Shown piece by piece: positions 22,401-38,618 of a stretch of 38,848 nt of DNA. The position numbers and the translations under genes are program-made. The notes under the pieces are model-generated. The model was not told where the DNA came from and made no database searches. It saw nothing but the letters and a program-made list of their open reading frames with translations. Position 1 is the stretch's first letter. Each line of letters starts with the position of its first letter. The stretch is from Reclinomonas americana ATCC 50394 (Eukaryota), in the NCBI GenBank assembly GCA_048213135.1, contig PS015291.1, positions 46,161-85,008 on the forward strand. Direction: 5' to 3'.

Positions 22401-25400
22401 TGCCGCTATTCTCTGTCACAGATCCAGTGGCCGGGCCCAGCAAGCTAATGTGTACGCCGTTGGCGGCAATGTCGGTGGTGGGTGTGCCCGAGTCTCCCAA
22501 AGTGATGGTCGTGGTTGCATCCAGCGTCGCATCGTGTGCTCTCGCTGTCAAGCCTGTCGCCGTGCCAAAGGACAGCGAGTTCGACGCAATGGTCGCCGAA
22601 GTCTACAACAGGTGTGAGTGATGTATGTGCGTGTACTAATGCGTGTGCGACAGGGACGCAACTGCAAAATCGGCGGCAAGAGTCGCACCCGCCATACTCA
22701 ACGTCGACAGTGTGCCAGAGCGGCCGACGCGGATCAGGCTCACAGCGTCTGCATCAGGGGGGAAACGTTGGTCGACATGGCCACAGAACTCGCTGAACGA
22801 ATGCAAGCAACGAACCGAGAGTAATCTGGGAGCCCGTCAGCGAACCCGACGTTCCAATGTTGACAATTGGCGAACCAACTGTGGTGCTGACAGAGAACTC
22901 CATATCCAGCACGGTGCCGCTGAACGACATGGCACTAGCAGGATTGCCAATGTTCACCGTCGATGCTGCAATTGTGCCAATGCCAATGGTGCCTGCCGGT
23001 GTACCGGTACCCGCGTCAAACATCCTGCGTAGGTCAGAAGTTGTCAGCGAAACTCAGTCAGTCACTTTCTCACTGGTTGATGATGCCAACGCAACATGTC
23101 GCCACCCTGAACCGTAGCATCCTGGCCGCGGAAAAAGGTGGTCGAGGCGTTGATTGTTGCCGATGAGAGGGGGTCACGCTTGATGACATATGGCAGGGAG
23201 GCACCGCCACCGCCATCGTTACCGAGGAGAAGAGTGTGAGTTGTTGAGCCGGCATCAAGGCCTGCCGGAAAAGAGAAAAGCGCAGGCACGAGTCAACACT
23301 GGTTCGGCGACATATCGCGCAGAGCACATGCCGCGCACCTGGATTGAGTCGCAAGTACTGTTGAACATTCATGTCCAAGTAGCCGGCCGCTCCATTTTCG
23401 GAGCGGATGAGAGTGGTGCGGACGCTGCCGCCCAAGTGAGACTCGCCACTGACATCGATGTTGAACTGAAACTGGGAAAAGCCGGCGACAGTCAACTGCA
23501 GCAGCAACACGGTGAGGAGGAACGAACGAACAAACAGAGCGATGATACGAAGAAAACAATGACGCACTGCCGAGCGAATCGTCGCGGTGGCACCGTGCGT
23601 GCCGATGCTGATGTTTGTGGCAGTGGCACCGATGGACATGGGCTACAGTATTATTTCAGCAACAGCTTTTTAAAGAGCTCAAAGGCCACCGAGAGGGAAG
23701 CGCACCGCGTTCAAGGCGTCAATCATCATGGCAGAGACACTGTTCAGGGTCATCGTAGACTGCGACTGGACAGCCACTGCACCACCGGCCGCGACATTGA
23801 ACGTGGAATCAAACGAAAACGTCGTTGGCCCGCCCTCAAGAGTCAACTGGCAGCACAAAAAATTGAGTACAAATGAGCTCATGCATCACGAAAGAGACAC
23901 ACAAAAATCACCTGTCCGCGTGCACCGGCAACGCCTGTGGAAATCACAATGTCACCATAGAGGGGCGACGCCGTGGTGGCACCGTGAATGGCAGACTCAA
24001 TTCGGAGAGCAGGTGCAGCGGTGGCTGTAGACAGCTCTGACGCATGCCGAACGGTGATGGTCCGAGCCGGTGAGCCAATCTTGATAATGTGATTGGCGGC
24101 GGCCACGGATGAGGTGCTGCTGAGCTGCATGATTGAATCGACACTGAACATCGAAGCGGTCAGCGAGACCGTAGCGGCTGCGTGGCCAATGGTAACGGCC
24201 TTGGTCGGTGAGCGTCCGAGTACGACGCTGCCCATGTTGCTGCCGGGTCCATTGCCGCCCACCAGCACCACGTCGCCACCAGTGGCCAATGTTGTTGACT
24301 GGCCGGCGAACACCAGTTCGTAGGTGGTGCCCACCACGTTTTCACGAGACACTGTAAGCGCCAAGGTCGGCTGTCCTGCAAGAACGAGCATGGTGTCGCC
24401 TGTCCGCAGTGTCAAATTCTGACCACTGGCAGAGCGCACCGTGGGCACCACAACCGCCGTCGACACCGTCACATCCTGCAGGGCTGCAAGCTGCGGTCGA
24501 CAATCACAGCGTGTGAGCAGTGATATCGAAGCAAATGCATCACAGCGGAGGATACAGCACGCAACTGTGCCTTGCACAGTGGTTGGCTTGCCGGTCGCAC
24601 CAATCGTGATGCCTGTCAACGACGAGTCGACCGTGCCAATAGCAATAGTGGTGGCATCAAGGGAGAGCGAGTTTCCGTTCACGGTGACAACTCCGCCCTG
24701 AATGGCAATCTGTAGCAGCCCCGCATCAGCAAACATCCCCACAACCACCACCGCCGCCTGGTAACACCTACCGTGTTGGTGCTCCGAGTTGTCGTGCCCA
24801 AGTACAGCGCGCTGCTCATGCCGAGACCGGGCGCGATCAGCAGACTCATGGCAGCACTGTTGTCATCGTGTGAGCATATGTCACGTCGTGCGGACGTGAA
24901 AACAGAAACTTTCTCACCTGCCGAGTCGATCGGGAGTCTGCATGGTCAACAGTGGAGACGCTGCGCCAGTGCATGTCGAGCACGACAGCACAAACACATT
25001 GCTGGAGCTAAACAGCGTGGACGAAAGAGTGACGGTGCTGGAAAATGTCGCCGCTCCGGTGACCTGCAGGCGTTTCGCATCTCATGAGCGCCGCCCCCAC
25101 CAGCGATGCCGATGTGAGACATGCAAACGCACCGCCAGAGTCGACTGCGCGGCCAATGCTCCACTGATCCGCGTGTTCGGCGACGACAGGATTGTCGACG
25201 TGGATGCCGTTCCACGACCCACCACCACCTTGTGACACACAGAGAGTGTGTGAGATCGTTGACAGCGCGTTAGACCACGATCGGATGACACACACACACA
25301 CACACACCGTCGTGCCCGCTAGTGTACCAAGCAGAATATCTCCATCGGCGCCCATTGGCCCGCCAGCAGTGGACCCGGCATCAATGTAGCTGATCGCGCT

Positions 25401-28400
25401 AGTCAGTCGCACAGCACAAGGGCGAAGCACGCGAACGTGAATATTAGAAACGCAACATGGAGCCGCCGACAGTGTTCGACTGTGTGGTGTTTTGTCCCCG
25501 CAGACTCGTCACGTCGCCATCCCCGACAGCTTGGTCAGGGCGACGAATGCGTACTGCAGTGCCACTGGACGCGAGCAACGAAATCTGTGGGGCGCAGTCT
25601 GCGTCAGACTGACAGCTCACGCAGGAAGCACATGCAACGACAACCCCGACGAACAATGCCAGTGGATGACTGCAGCGAGAGATCCGTGGCCGCTTGCGAA
25701 GAGACCTGATTGGCAGTGAGCTGACTCACGGAGAGCGTCCCCGCCAGTGAAAGCGATCCCGAAAAGGTCACATTCTCGGCCACCACCAGCTGCGTCAGTA
25801 GCGTGGTCAGCTTCGCCACAAATGTGGTGCACGATAAAAACACGCTTGTCTCACCGATCCGAGCACACGCGTCACACGACCCGAAGATCCGAGCTGCACC
25901 TCTAGTGCCGCATTGGATCCGCCCGTCACAATCACAATGTTGGAGTTTTGCGAAGACAGGCGCAGTTGGTCGCGCCCATTCACCTGCACACTGATGCCTT
26001 GCAGCACCACCTGCAACCAAGCGGTAAGTGCATGTACAACAGTCTGCGTATGAGGGGACGCGCAACTTGATTGGTGCGGAATGAGGCGGCGCCGAGTGTC
26101 AGATTGCCGTCCGCTGCGCCCGACGAGCTCTGTCCGGCCTCCACCCGCAAGTCGAGCCCCACGCCATTGATTGCTGGTCGTGTGAGCGTGAACCATGAAG
26201 CAGAGGTAGTGCTGCCTAGCTGGAGAGCGTCGATTGATGGCACCAAGAGGCGGCCGTTGAGAAGACTCAGGGAGTTCCCAATCGATGCCGTGCCGCTCAC
26301 GGTGAGCGACGCCGCGGAGAGCGCTCCCGACATGGTGACAGTTGCCGATTGAATCGAGGTGGCACCCGCGGCGTTGCCAATCTGCACGTCGCCTCGCACG
26401 GAACCCACATACACGGCACCGGGGGCAGACGAACCTGGACCAGGGTCCAACGCACTGATATGCGCCAACAAATTGTTATTCTCCAGTGGATGACACCAAG
26501 TGGCACGGAGTAGACGGAAAACTCACACATCGCCGCCAACGCCACCGGTCGCCTGCTGGCCTATGATGCTGATCCGAGTTGCAGTTGCCGCAGCTGCGCG
26601 ACTAATGACACTGCCGAAGCCAGTTGGACCCAGAACAATGCGACCCGTGGTCGGTTGCACCGTCAGGTCGGTGCTGGCAGCAGTGGCAATCGACGGAGTC
26701 TGCACACCGCCACTGGCCACCAGGAGACTGCTCATTGACACTGCGCCGTTGAGGGTGACGGTGGCAGAAAATGTGGCCGCTTGGGAGAACGTGGTGGCGG
26801 CATTGAACGTCGACTGTCACGTGCGATTCAGAAGAGCGCAGTCGACATCACAGGAAGAAATTACTCTCCGGACAACGTACCACGCCAGCCACAGTAATCG
26901 CGTTGCTTGCACTACCCAGCGTTACGGAGCCGGCAAGAGACGTTCCCACGAGCAGAGACGTACCAGCACTGATTGTCACTGTGCTGCCGAGGAGGGTCGT
27001 CTGCGAGAGCACACACGGATGTGAGAATCGCTCGCACGAGAGTGCCGTCAGTATACGAGAAGTTCTCACCGTCGTGGACGATGCACTGCCCAGCGCAACA
27101 CCACCGCTGTTCTGGCCGACGCCATCGACACCGCCCACGACAGTCACGCTACCGCCAGACTGCCCCGAGCCGCCGACAATGGTCACCGAGCCACCCACGG
27201 ATCCTGCGCCACTCACAGTTGCACCCTGCAACCACAACGTGCCAGCAGGGCCGGAGGCGGTGGTTGGGCTGGTGCGCTGCACGACAAATTGAGTGGCATC
27301 GCTTGCGCCCAGCCACACGGTCGGTGGTGCGCTCCCCGATGTGGCTTGCGCGAGAACACGAGTTGCTGCCGAAAGTAGCAGATTTCCGCCATTGATCTGC
27401 AGCACTGGCGAGTTCACCAGTACGCCACCAGAACTCGTGGCCTTGCCAAGCACGACTTGCGACGCAGTTACCGTGCCGAGTTTCACGGCGCCCTCCTGCG
27501 ACGCTGTGGCTCCCGCTCCGCCATCGACATAGCTGTGTTGGAAAGCACCGCGTCAGTCGACTGCTTGCGCAACCCAGAGAGGAATCGCTCTCACGCAACA
27601 TGTCTCCGCCTGACAGCCCCGTAGCACCCTGCTGACCAACGTACATGGTGTCTCGGCCGGCAAGCGACGAGTGAGGTGGACGAGCAATGGTGAGAGGGGC
27701 GTCGTCGCCAAGCCGCAAGATGCCACTCGTCGGCACCAGCGCGAGGTCTCTCGGTGTGCCACTCGCCGAACGCAGCAGATTGCTCACCAACACGTTGCCG
27801 GAGACCGTGAGCGCCGTGCCCACCGACAGCTGCACTCATTGCTGTCAGACACACGCTATAGATTGACAGAGAAAAAGAATGGCTGCTTACCGTTCCGGGA
27901 ACGCTGACCGCCGACGAGGATGCTCCAAGCGTCACCGCGGGCGACGATACCACCGTCGACTGTACTCCGCTCACCGTCACCAACTGTGCACCGATACGAA
28001 CCTGCAAAGAGACACAAAAAAACAAGTCAGACAGTGCTGGCGGCAGCGTGCGATTCCAACACTTTTGATACCTCCGTCGAGACGTCAGTATCGGCGCCAA
28101 GCAGCAGTCGCCCATTTGCGCCACCACCGCTTCCCAGTGCGGGTGTGATTCGCAGATCGCCCCCCACCAGTGCTCCACTGCCAGTTGGTGCTGAACGTGA
28201 CAGCACAAACTCGGCGCTCCCCACACCACCCAGCGACAGCGTGCCACCATCGTTCTGGCCGACAGTCACCCGGCCGCCGACAGCCACATCCAACGAACCA
28301 GCAAGCCGCGTGGCGGCGGCTGACACGAGCAGCGTTGACGCGGCCTTGCCAATGACCGTGGTGTCAGCGGCTGTGGTTCCCAGATACAACGTGCCGGCCG

Positions 28401-31400
28401 ACCCGGCACCCTTGCCAGCATCCACGTACCTGTGGGGGCAGATACGCCAAGTCACACAACAAGACAGAAGACGCACAGGAAGGGAATCGGTGCTCCACCA
28501 CCACGCACATTGAACCGCCCTGCTGGCCCACGCTCTGCACGTCTTGTCCGACCAGGTACGTGTCGAGACCGCTGGCACTCGCAGCCGCTGTTGGTCGCGA
28601 TATGCGGAATGCTCCCGAGGTGGATGCCGTGCCGAGTCGAACACGGGCACTGGCCGCGTCGAGAATAATGTCGCCAGTCGCGGCACTTGTCAGCGTACTC
28701 GTGAGAGTGCCGTCGAACGAAAGCGCGCCACGCAGGGTGGCACTGTTGGCCACCGTAAGCTGCCAGTGCGCATTTACCGTGAGTCAGCAGATGGTGATGC
28801 GCGGAGGAGTGCACACAAGAGGGTACCACTCACCGGCGACACGACAGTGACCGTGGAACCCGAACGACCCACAGTGACTGGGCCAGAAGTCGCTGCGGTC
28901 GCAATGGTAACGCTCGTCGTACCATCCAGCGCAATCGTGGCGCCCTCGGCTTGCACCTGTGGTGTGAGACGCGAATCAATTGAGAGAGTGCATTGACGGT
29001 GACGAGACGCGTGCGCACAGTAACAAACCAACTGAGTGGTGGACGAGCCGAGCCAGAGAGTTGCGCTTGTGACGAACGCACCAGTGCCACTGGACGGCGC
29101 AACGCGCAAGTGTGCGCCAATCACATCCATTGCCACGGGCGTCGGACGAGTGAGTACAAACACCGAGGCAGCCGTGTTGTCACCGAGCAGCAATGAATTG
29201 GCCGTCGTCGACGCCACAGCCGTCGAACCGACAATGAGCCGCGTGTTGACCTACAGCAGTTGCGTGTGAGTCAAGTCTGTGGCGCGCTGCTTGTTTCCAG
29301 CATCACGCACCGTGAGGTCACTTTGCGATGTCAGGCCTGCAGAGGCCACCGTGGGCACAGCGAGTAGCACAGTGCGCGTATGCTCGGTGCCGATTTTCAC
29401 ATCGCCGTGCACCGTACCGCCGGCACCAGCATTTAGCAGTCTGCGCGTAGTTGTGAACGATTAACTCGACAGAGGTGCAGACGACATGTGTTAGCAACGT
29501 ACAGTGGACCGCCACTGCCGGCTCCGGTGGTGCTTTGACCCGAAACTCTGGTAATGGACCCGTTGACGCTGTCGGTGCGCGCGGGTCGGCTGATCTCAAA
29601 GTCGGCCAGAGCGCCCACACGCAGCAACTGCGTCTGTGACGCGCGCAAATCCAGCGCAGGCGAGCCCGACAGTTGGTCAATGGCCGACATGGAGAGCGAC
29701 TGCGCCACTTGCAGCTGCGACACACACACAGCAGAAGCAGGGGCGTTTAGTGAGAATTGTGTGGAGTAAACAACAACAACAGAAGAAGGAGAAGCGTACC
29801 GATCCGACAATGGAGACACTCTGTCCGGAGCTGCCAACAATAACAGTTGGAGCGGTTGCGCCGATGAGCAGTGTGCCTGCCGAATCCAGCACCGTCTGCA
29901 CACGCGACGTGACGGAAACCTGCGCGCGACGCTCCCACTGTGTGAGCGACGCAAATATGATAGAATTGTACCACTGTTGACACGCACTTGCGAGGTCCCG
30001 GAGGTGGAACCGATGGAGATGCTGCCGGGTGAACCCCCACCTGCTCCCGCGCCGCCTGCAAGCACCAGATCGACACCGACGGCAGACGCACTACCACTTC
30101 GCGCGGGACGCGAGAGGACAAATTGTGACTGCGCCTCGGTGCCGAATTCCAGGCGACTGCCGCTATTGACAATACTGCTGTTCGTCAGGGTGCTGATTGT
30201 GGCACCTGCCGTAAATGATGCGGCTGCAGAGAATGTCGCAGGTGATGCCACCGTCACCGATCCGCTGGACACACCGAGTATAATCTAAGGCGACAATCCG
30301 TGTTCGACAGAGTGAGTAAAACAGCACGACACACAGCCACAGCAACGACAAAGGCTGCAACATACCTGCCCGGCATTGACAGTGGCCAGTCGCACGATTC
30401 CAGCGCCGGCAGGACCGGTACCTCCATCCAGAAGCCTGCGAGGAATAACAAGTCAGGCACTCCCCCTCCAAAAGAGGGAGAAGACAGCGAGACGTAACAG
30501 ATCGCCACCGGCGCCGGCATTCGCCGTCTGACCCGCAACGCTGAGAGCAGAGGCGGAGGATTGGCCATTGACAGGTGCGCCAAGTGTGATAGTGGCACCG
30601 CCTCCACTGCCGAGCACCAAGCGTGCCGAGCTGGGGAGCAGAGTCAAGTCGACACCGGCAGCAGAGGAGATTTGCGACACGGTGAGGGCGTCATCGATCT
30701 GTGACGCGGTCAGCGTGAGAATGCAAAGGAATGTGTAGACAAGCACATGTGCGCGCACCGTGGTGGCCTTGGTCAGGCGGATTCGACTGCCACTCGTGGT
30801 GACGGTGAGTTCCCCGGAACTTGCACTCACAGACATGCTGGCGTTGAAGGACACGGCAACCAGATTGAGGCGAGCACTCGCCGATGGATTGGCAGTTTGC
30901 GCTGTCAGCACAGCGTCGCCACTGCTCGACTGCACCGAGACACCGCCGGCAAAATTCACGGCACTCTCGAAACTGAATGTACCCGACGCCGGAATGGAGA
31001 AGATGCGGTTGCGAGTGGGACCGAGGAAGGTGAGTGCGCTGGCGTCGGCCACGATGCTGTAGAATTGCGACATGTCGGCACGAATACCAATCTGCATCTG
31101 GCCAGCAACCGCTCCATCACCGGTTCCAGCAGGACGAATCTGTCGTGCAGATGAGTGGAGCTATGACAAAAGTTGACAAGAGGTGAGAAAGAGCTAGTGC
31201 ACACACCTGGAACAACCGTGTGCGTGCTTGCACAACACCAGAGAGTGTTGGGCTGTCGCTCGCTCCCGCTTCGATGTAAATGTTGCCGCCTGAGGCACCC
31301 GTCACAGAGCCTGCCAGAAGAACACAATGATTAACGTGGTGTTCTACGAATGGCGATAGAGCCTGCACACTTATTCACTCACCAGCCCCGCCCTGAAGAC

Positions 31401-33676
31401 GCGTGTCGCCACCCGGAGAGCCGGCGCCGGCGGTGAGCACAAGTGAACCGCCAGCTGATGCCGCCGCTCCCTGTGCTGGCGCTGTGAGAACCGTGGCGAG
31501 AAGAGCACAATGTATCTCACAGCCACATACCCGCGAATCCTGTCCAGAGAAAGTGGTGGTTCCGCCAACGCCGCGCAGCGTTTGCACTCGTGTAAGTGAC
31601 AAAGGCACGCCCGGAGTGTCATCCAGCAGCTCCACGGTGGACGTCATGAAGCGCATGCTGGTCGTGGTGGTGATGGTCGACGTGCTATTGGTGCTGCCAG
31701 AGTTCGTTTGTAGCAACCTGCGCATGCGCACACACGGCATGTCAGCAATCGCGTCTGATCACGCAAAAAAATAAGATAGCGACACGGAGAGTCGACGCAC
31801 GAGCGGCCAGTTTTTCCATCCACCATCGGCAGCGACTGTGTGGTCATCGTCTGCTGCGGCAAAAATGCCAGCAGCGTCTGTTGTCCGCGGGTCAGAGTGA
31901 AGCTCTGCAGGCCGGTGCTGGCCAACCGGAACGACGTGGAGTCGTCGTCGGCTACACCCGAGGATGTGGACGACACAAAGACCACTGAGGAACTGGTTGG
32001 CGATCGAATGGTGATTGAGGACGGTGACGAAGGCGATTCGACGCTTATTACTGGTGCCGAAATGACCTGCGTGGCCTGCAGAGTGGCGGCAGTGGCCGAG
32101 CCTGTGGGGCGTAAGGAGAGCGAGTGAGGGGACACGGGGAAGAGAAGAGAAGAGAATGGGAGTCACAAACCCGCCACCGACAGGCTGGAGATGCGAACAT
32201 CCGGTCGCGCCAGCAAGAAAAGCACGACTCCCAGCATTGCCCAGAACAGTACCACGTGCACCACAAATACAGTGACCACGACAGCATCCTGCCGTGGTCT
32301 AGCACGCACACCGCACTGATAGAGGGCGCGGCGCCACCAGGCGGCCTTGGGGCTCTTGGGCGCACTCTGCAACTCCAGCGGCGACGACGGCTGTGCATCT
32401 CCAAACGGCGCCGACCTCGGCCACGCCGCCCACGTGTCGAGGTGCGACGGCGGCGACATGGGCACCTGATACATGGCCGACTGCGGCGGCGCCGGCCCAC
32501 CCAACGGCACCATGNNNNNNNNNNNNNNNNNNNNNNNNNNNNNNNNNNNNNNNNNNNNNNNNNNNNNNNNNNNNNNNNNNNNNNNNNNNNNNNNNNNNNN
32601 NNNNNNNNNNNNNNNNNNNNNNNNNNNNNNNNNNNNNNNNNNNNNNNNNNNNNNNNNNNNNNNNNNNNNNNNNNNNNNNNNNNNNNNNNNNNNNNNNNNN
32701 NNNNNNNNNNNNNNNNNNNNNNNNNNNNNNNNNNNNNNNNNNNNNNNNNNNNNNNNNNNNNNNNNNNNNNNNNNNNNNNNNNNNNNNNNNNNNNNNNNNN
32801 NNNNNNNNNNNNNNNNNNNNNNNNNNNNNNNNNNNNNNNNNNNNNNNNNNNNNNNNNNNNNNNNNNNNNNNNNNNNNNNNNNNNNNNNNNNNNNNNNNNN
32901 NNNNNNNNNNNNNNNNNNNNNNNNNNNNNNNNNNNNNNNNNNNNNNNNNNNNNNNNNNNNNNNNNNNNNNNNNNNNNNNNNNNNNNNNNNNNNNNNNNNN
33001 NNNNNNNNNNNNNNNNNNNNNNNNNNNNNNNNNNNNNNNNNNNNNNNNNNNNNNNNNNNNNNNNNNNNNNNNNNNNNNNNNNNNNNNNNNNNNNNNNNNN
33101 NNNNNNNNNNNNNNNNNNNNNNNNNNNNNNNNNNNNNNNNNNNNNNNNNNNNNNNNNNNNNNNNNNNNNNNNNNNNNNNNNNNNNNNNNNNNNNNNNNNN
33201 NNNNNNNNNNNNNNNNNNNNNNNNNNNNNNNNNNNNNNNNNNNNNNNNNNNNNNNNNNNNNNNNNNNNNNNNNNNNNNNNNNNNNNNNNNNNNNNNNNNN
33301 NNNNNNNNNNNNNNNNNCCATCCTCGTAATCACCATCATTATCCATGGTGGCGTGCGTCGTGAATGGCTGAAACGGTGCGTCTTCTCCCTGTTGCGCAGT
33401 GGGCACAGGCAGTGGACGCAGTCGCCACGCACGTGGTCGCGCAGACATGAGCTGAGCTGCGATGGACTGCTGCTGTTGCTGTTGTTGCTGTTGCTGGGCA
33501 AACTTGGACGGCGACGATGACGATGATGATTGTGAGAAGTGATCGGGCGAGGATGCGAACGATGATGCATCCTCTTCCTCCTCCCCCTCCTCCTCCTCCT
33601 CCACTTCTCGCTGGTGTTGTTGTTGCTCAAGTACTGTGTGATTCTCGTCAGAGTCGTGTGAGGAGTCGGCGGGCAT
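19477..33676 (-). CDS. Very large (roughly 3,500 aa) type II membrane protein with a G/S/T/A/V-rich beta-repeat, fibre-like ectodomain
   Basis: Acidic/polyQ disordered N-terminus (MPADSSHDSDE...), then a single TM (VVVTVFVVHVVLFWAMLGVVLFLLA, ~32210-32285). About 40 or more exons join in frame, with recurring GG(D/S)xxxD(A/G)G motifs. The C-terminus is ...VYYYDGTNWLEVFNMYGDTLP*. Two N gaps interrupt the gene and the start codon is inferred. Confidence 0.75.
20170..21350 (-). repeat. 183-nt (61-aa) coding tandem repeat, partly collapsed in a gap
   Basis: Unit AYFAGQVNVGTLSDGTCTITGGAITGCTSATVSTFVQLGTLLKAAADNTADIGTNAVKFKD occurs on both sides of the gap. gtccttgaac recurs at 21021 and 21204. Confidence 0.85.
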
Positions 33677-33935
33677 GGAGAGTGTGGTGAGTGGAACCGC
33701 CACTGGCGCCGACTCTGTAACATGAAAGAGAGAGAGAGCGGTGAGTGAGAGTGCACTCACTGAGGGAGACAGAGAGAGTCAGACACTTGCACACACACAC
33801 ACCGTCTGCCACGCTCATTGCGTTCTCGCGCCTTGTGTGTGTGTGTGTTTGTGAGTGACAAAAAATCAGACAGACACAGATATTGTTCGCCAGCGTTCAC
33901 TTTGCCTCTCTTGTCCACGTCTCTCTCTCGCCCTC

Positions 33936-36260
<2,325 letters not shown>

Positions 36261-37079
36261 TTTGTGCTCCCAGGGCGCTCGGAAGCGATAACACACGCGC
36301 AGTGACTCAGCCTTACGGTGACGTACGCGACGTGGTGAGCGCGGGTTGCTTCCGGATCGACTGCGTGCTGCGGCGGCTGACATTCTTCTCTCTCTGCTTC
36401 GTTGCTCGATTGGTCGGTTAACGAGAAACAGGACGCGCAGCGATTGCTGAAAAGTGTGCCATGATTGGTGGTGTTCTCTCGCGTGCGTGTGGGAAGTTGA
36501 TAGCGCTGTGGTGGCCTTGTGTTTCCGCGACCTGCGAGGTTGTTGACGTCGACGTCCGATATCGATATTAGTGTCGCCTTGCTTGCGGGAGAGTGGTGAG
36601 CAAGTTCTGCCTACTCGCGCAGGCGCTTGAATGACTGCTAGATGCAGTCGACGTCCGGCAGGAGAGAGAGACACGGATGCACAAGAAAACCGAGAATGAC
36701 TCAATCGGAAAAATGTTGACGAAGGGGGCACAATCGCGAACTCTGGAAGGCGACGATAGTAGCAGTACATGCGTTCAATGTACATGGTGTTAGGAAGACC
36801 AGCAGCTGAAGTCGTGCGACCATTCGTCATGATCGGCGAATACCGGAGTCGCGATCGGATCGATCGACGGCGAGTTGAAGTGCGGTGGATTCCACGCACC
36901 ACTTTCGACTTGTGACGAGCAGCGGAGACAAGAACGCCGACAATGTTACTCTCTCTGCGCACCCAACCTCTGCCTTCAACGCACATGTGGTGACTGTGCA
37001 CTCACCAGAGTTGTGCAGGGCAATTGCAAAACCAATATTCACGCGTGTTGACACCGCGGCCGCTGGTGCGTCGGCCGCC

Positions 37080-38618
37080 ATGCAAGTGCCACACCTGGTC
37101 GAGTCCATCCATCAGCACCTTCTTCACGCACTCGCGGAGCGGGATCGCAAGGCGCGCGCGCTGGTGTTGCGTTTTCCAGCAGTTGTCCTCGACATTTGCG
37201 AACCGGTCGTGGATGTCTCGGGTAAGGCCATCGATCTGATGTATGCGATCTGTGAGGCCGCCGGCTACATGCCGTACACCAAGCATTGTGCTTGCCAGTT
37301 GTTCCTGCAGACCACGCTGCGACATGCAGAGGCTGCACTGTCGAATTCGTCTTCTGCTGCAAGTGGCAAGTTGTGCAATTGCAAATGCCGATTACTGTGG
37401 TCTCCCACGTACTCGCGATGCCTGCAGCACTGACGCGCGAGTGATCTGTGCACAGGCATGACATACCAGGTCGCAAGAAGCGCTCGCGAGGGCGTGATGC
37501 CGACGAGGATCGGCAGCCGCAGAATCCGGGGAGTGCCAGCAGATCCTCGCAGCCGCGACTGAACTTGCAGCTCACGGCAATCGCCTGCGTGACCATCGCT
37601 CGCAAGGTGAGCGACCGCGAGAGATCACTCCCTTGGTTCCAGTGCAGGTACTGAAGAAGCACTACGTGCAGATGCACGAACCACTGTTGGATTTGGAGAC
37701 AGAGGAGGACGAGAAGAAGTTGGCATTGTACGAGCACTTCTCTGACTTGGCTTCCAACCTGTGCGACGGCCACTTTAGTGCCAAGGACCTGCTGCGTGCT
37801 GGTGAGACACAGACAGGCGCAGCTGCTGTCCTTGACATTTTCACTCACGATGCTCCAGAGTTGGAGACACTGTCGCTGCTCAACTTTGCCTGCCACCTCG
37901 TCACACCGTGGGATTTCATCGAGGTGTACGTGTCCGTGATCAGGTACCACCACTGCCATCGCTTTCTCCTCTCGTCGCCGCCACCGGTTTGTTCACCCGT
38001 ATCGTTGGCAGTATTGGTCAGAGCGAACTGGTTTTGCGCACGTGCGACTTGGTTCTCTCCAAGTGCATGCACCAGCGCATCATGCGGTGCGCACACACCA
38101 CGACAGTTTTCATGTGACACTCACTCGCACTCACCTTCAAAATCGCAGCAAAACACTGGAGATCAGTCCGAGCTCGCTGCCGATTGGTGAGGCGCCGTGC
38201 CTCTCTTCTCTCTCGATCGCGATCGCCCGCACGCCATTCTCACCGCAAGAGTACACACGGGTGAGCAGAGCTGTTCTTGGACCAGGAGACGTTCATGCCG
38301 CTTCTGGCGTCGGCGTGCATCTCCGCCGCCTGCACCCTCATGTACGGCCCTTTGCATGCGGCGTCGGTAGTGGGATTCGGTATGTCTTCATCACTGTCAC
38401 ATGGCTGCTGCTGCTGCTGTCACTGACAAATGCACGCACGCACAGTGTGCACGGCGTCTGGGTGCGACACTGCCAACGTCAGCACGCTCGCCGAACTGCT
38501 GATGAGCAACGGCATCGGCATTCAGCACCCACTGCTGCTGCCGACGTCGCCCGCATCCCACCGGCGTCGCTGCACTGGCGATGATGACGATGATGATGAT
38601 GATGACGACGACGAGTAG
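37080..38618 (+). CDS. Divergent cyclin-fold protein
   Basis: Cyclin-box motifs LQLTAIACVTIARK and E-LETLSLLNFACHLVTPWDFI, then a C-box-like YGPLHAAS and an acidic poly-D tail. Multi-exon. The start is uncertain (an alternative ATG lies at 36829). Confidence 0.75.

Noticed and set aside
19477-33676. Integrated virus or prophage
   Set aside because: No capsid, polymerase, integrase or terminal repeats are visible, and the gene is full of host-type introns.
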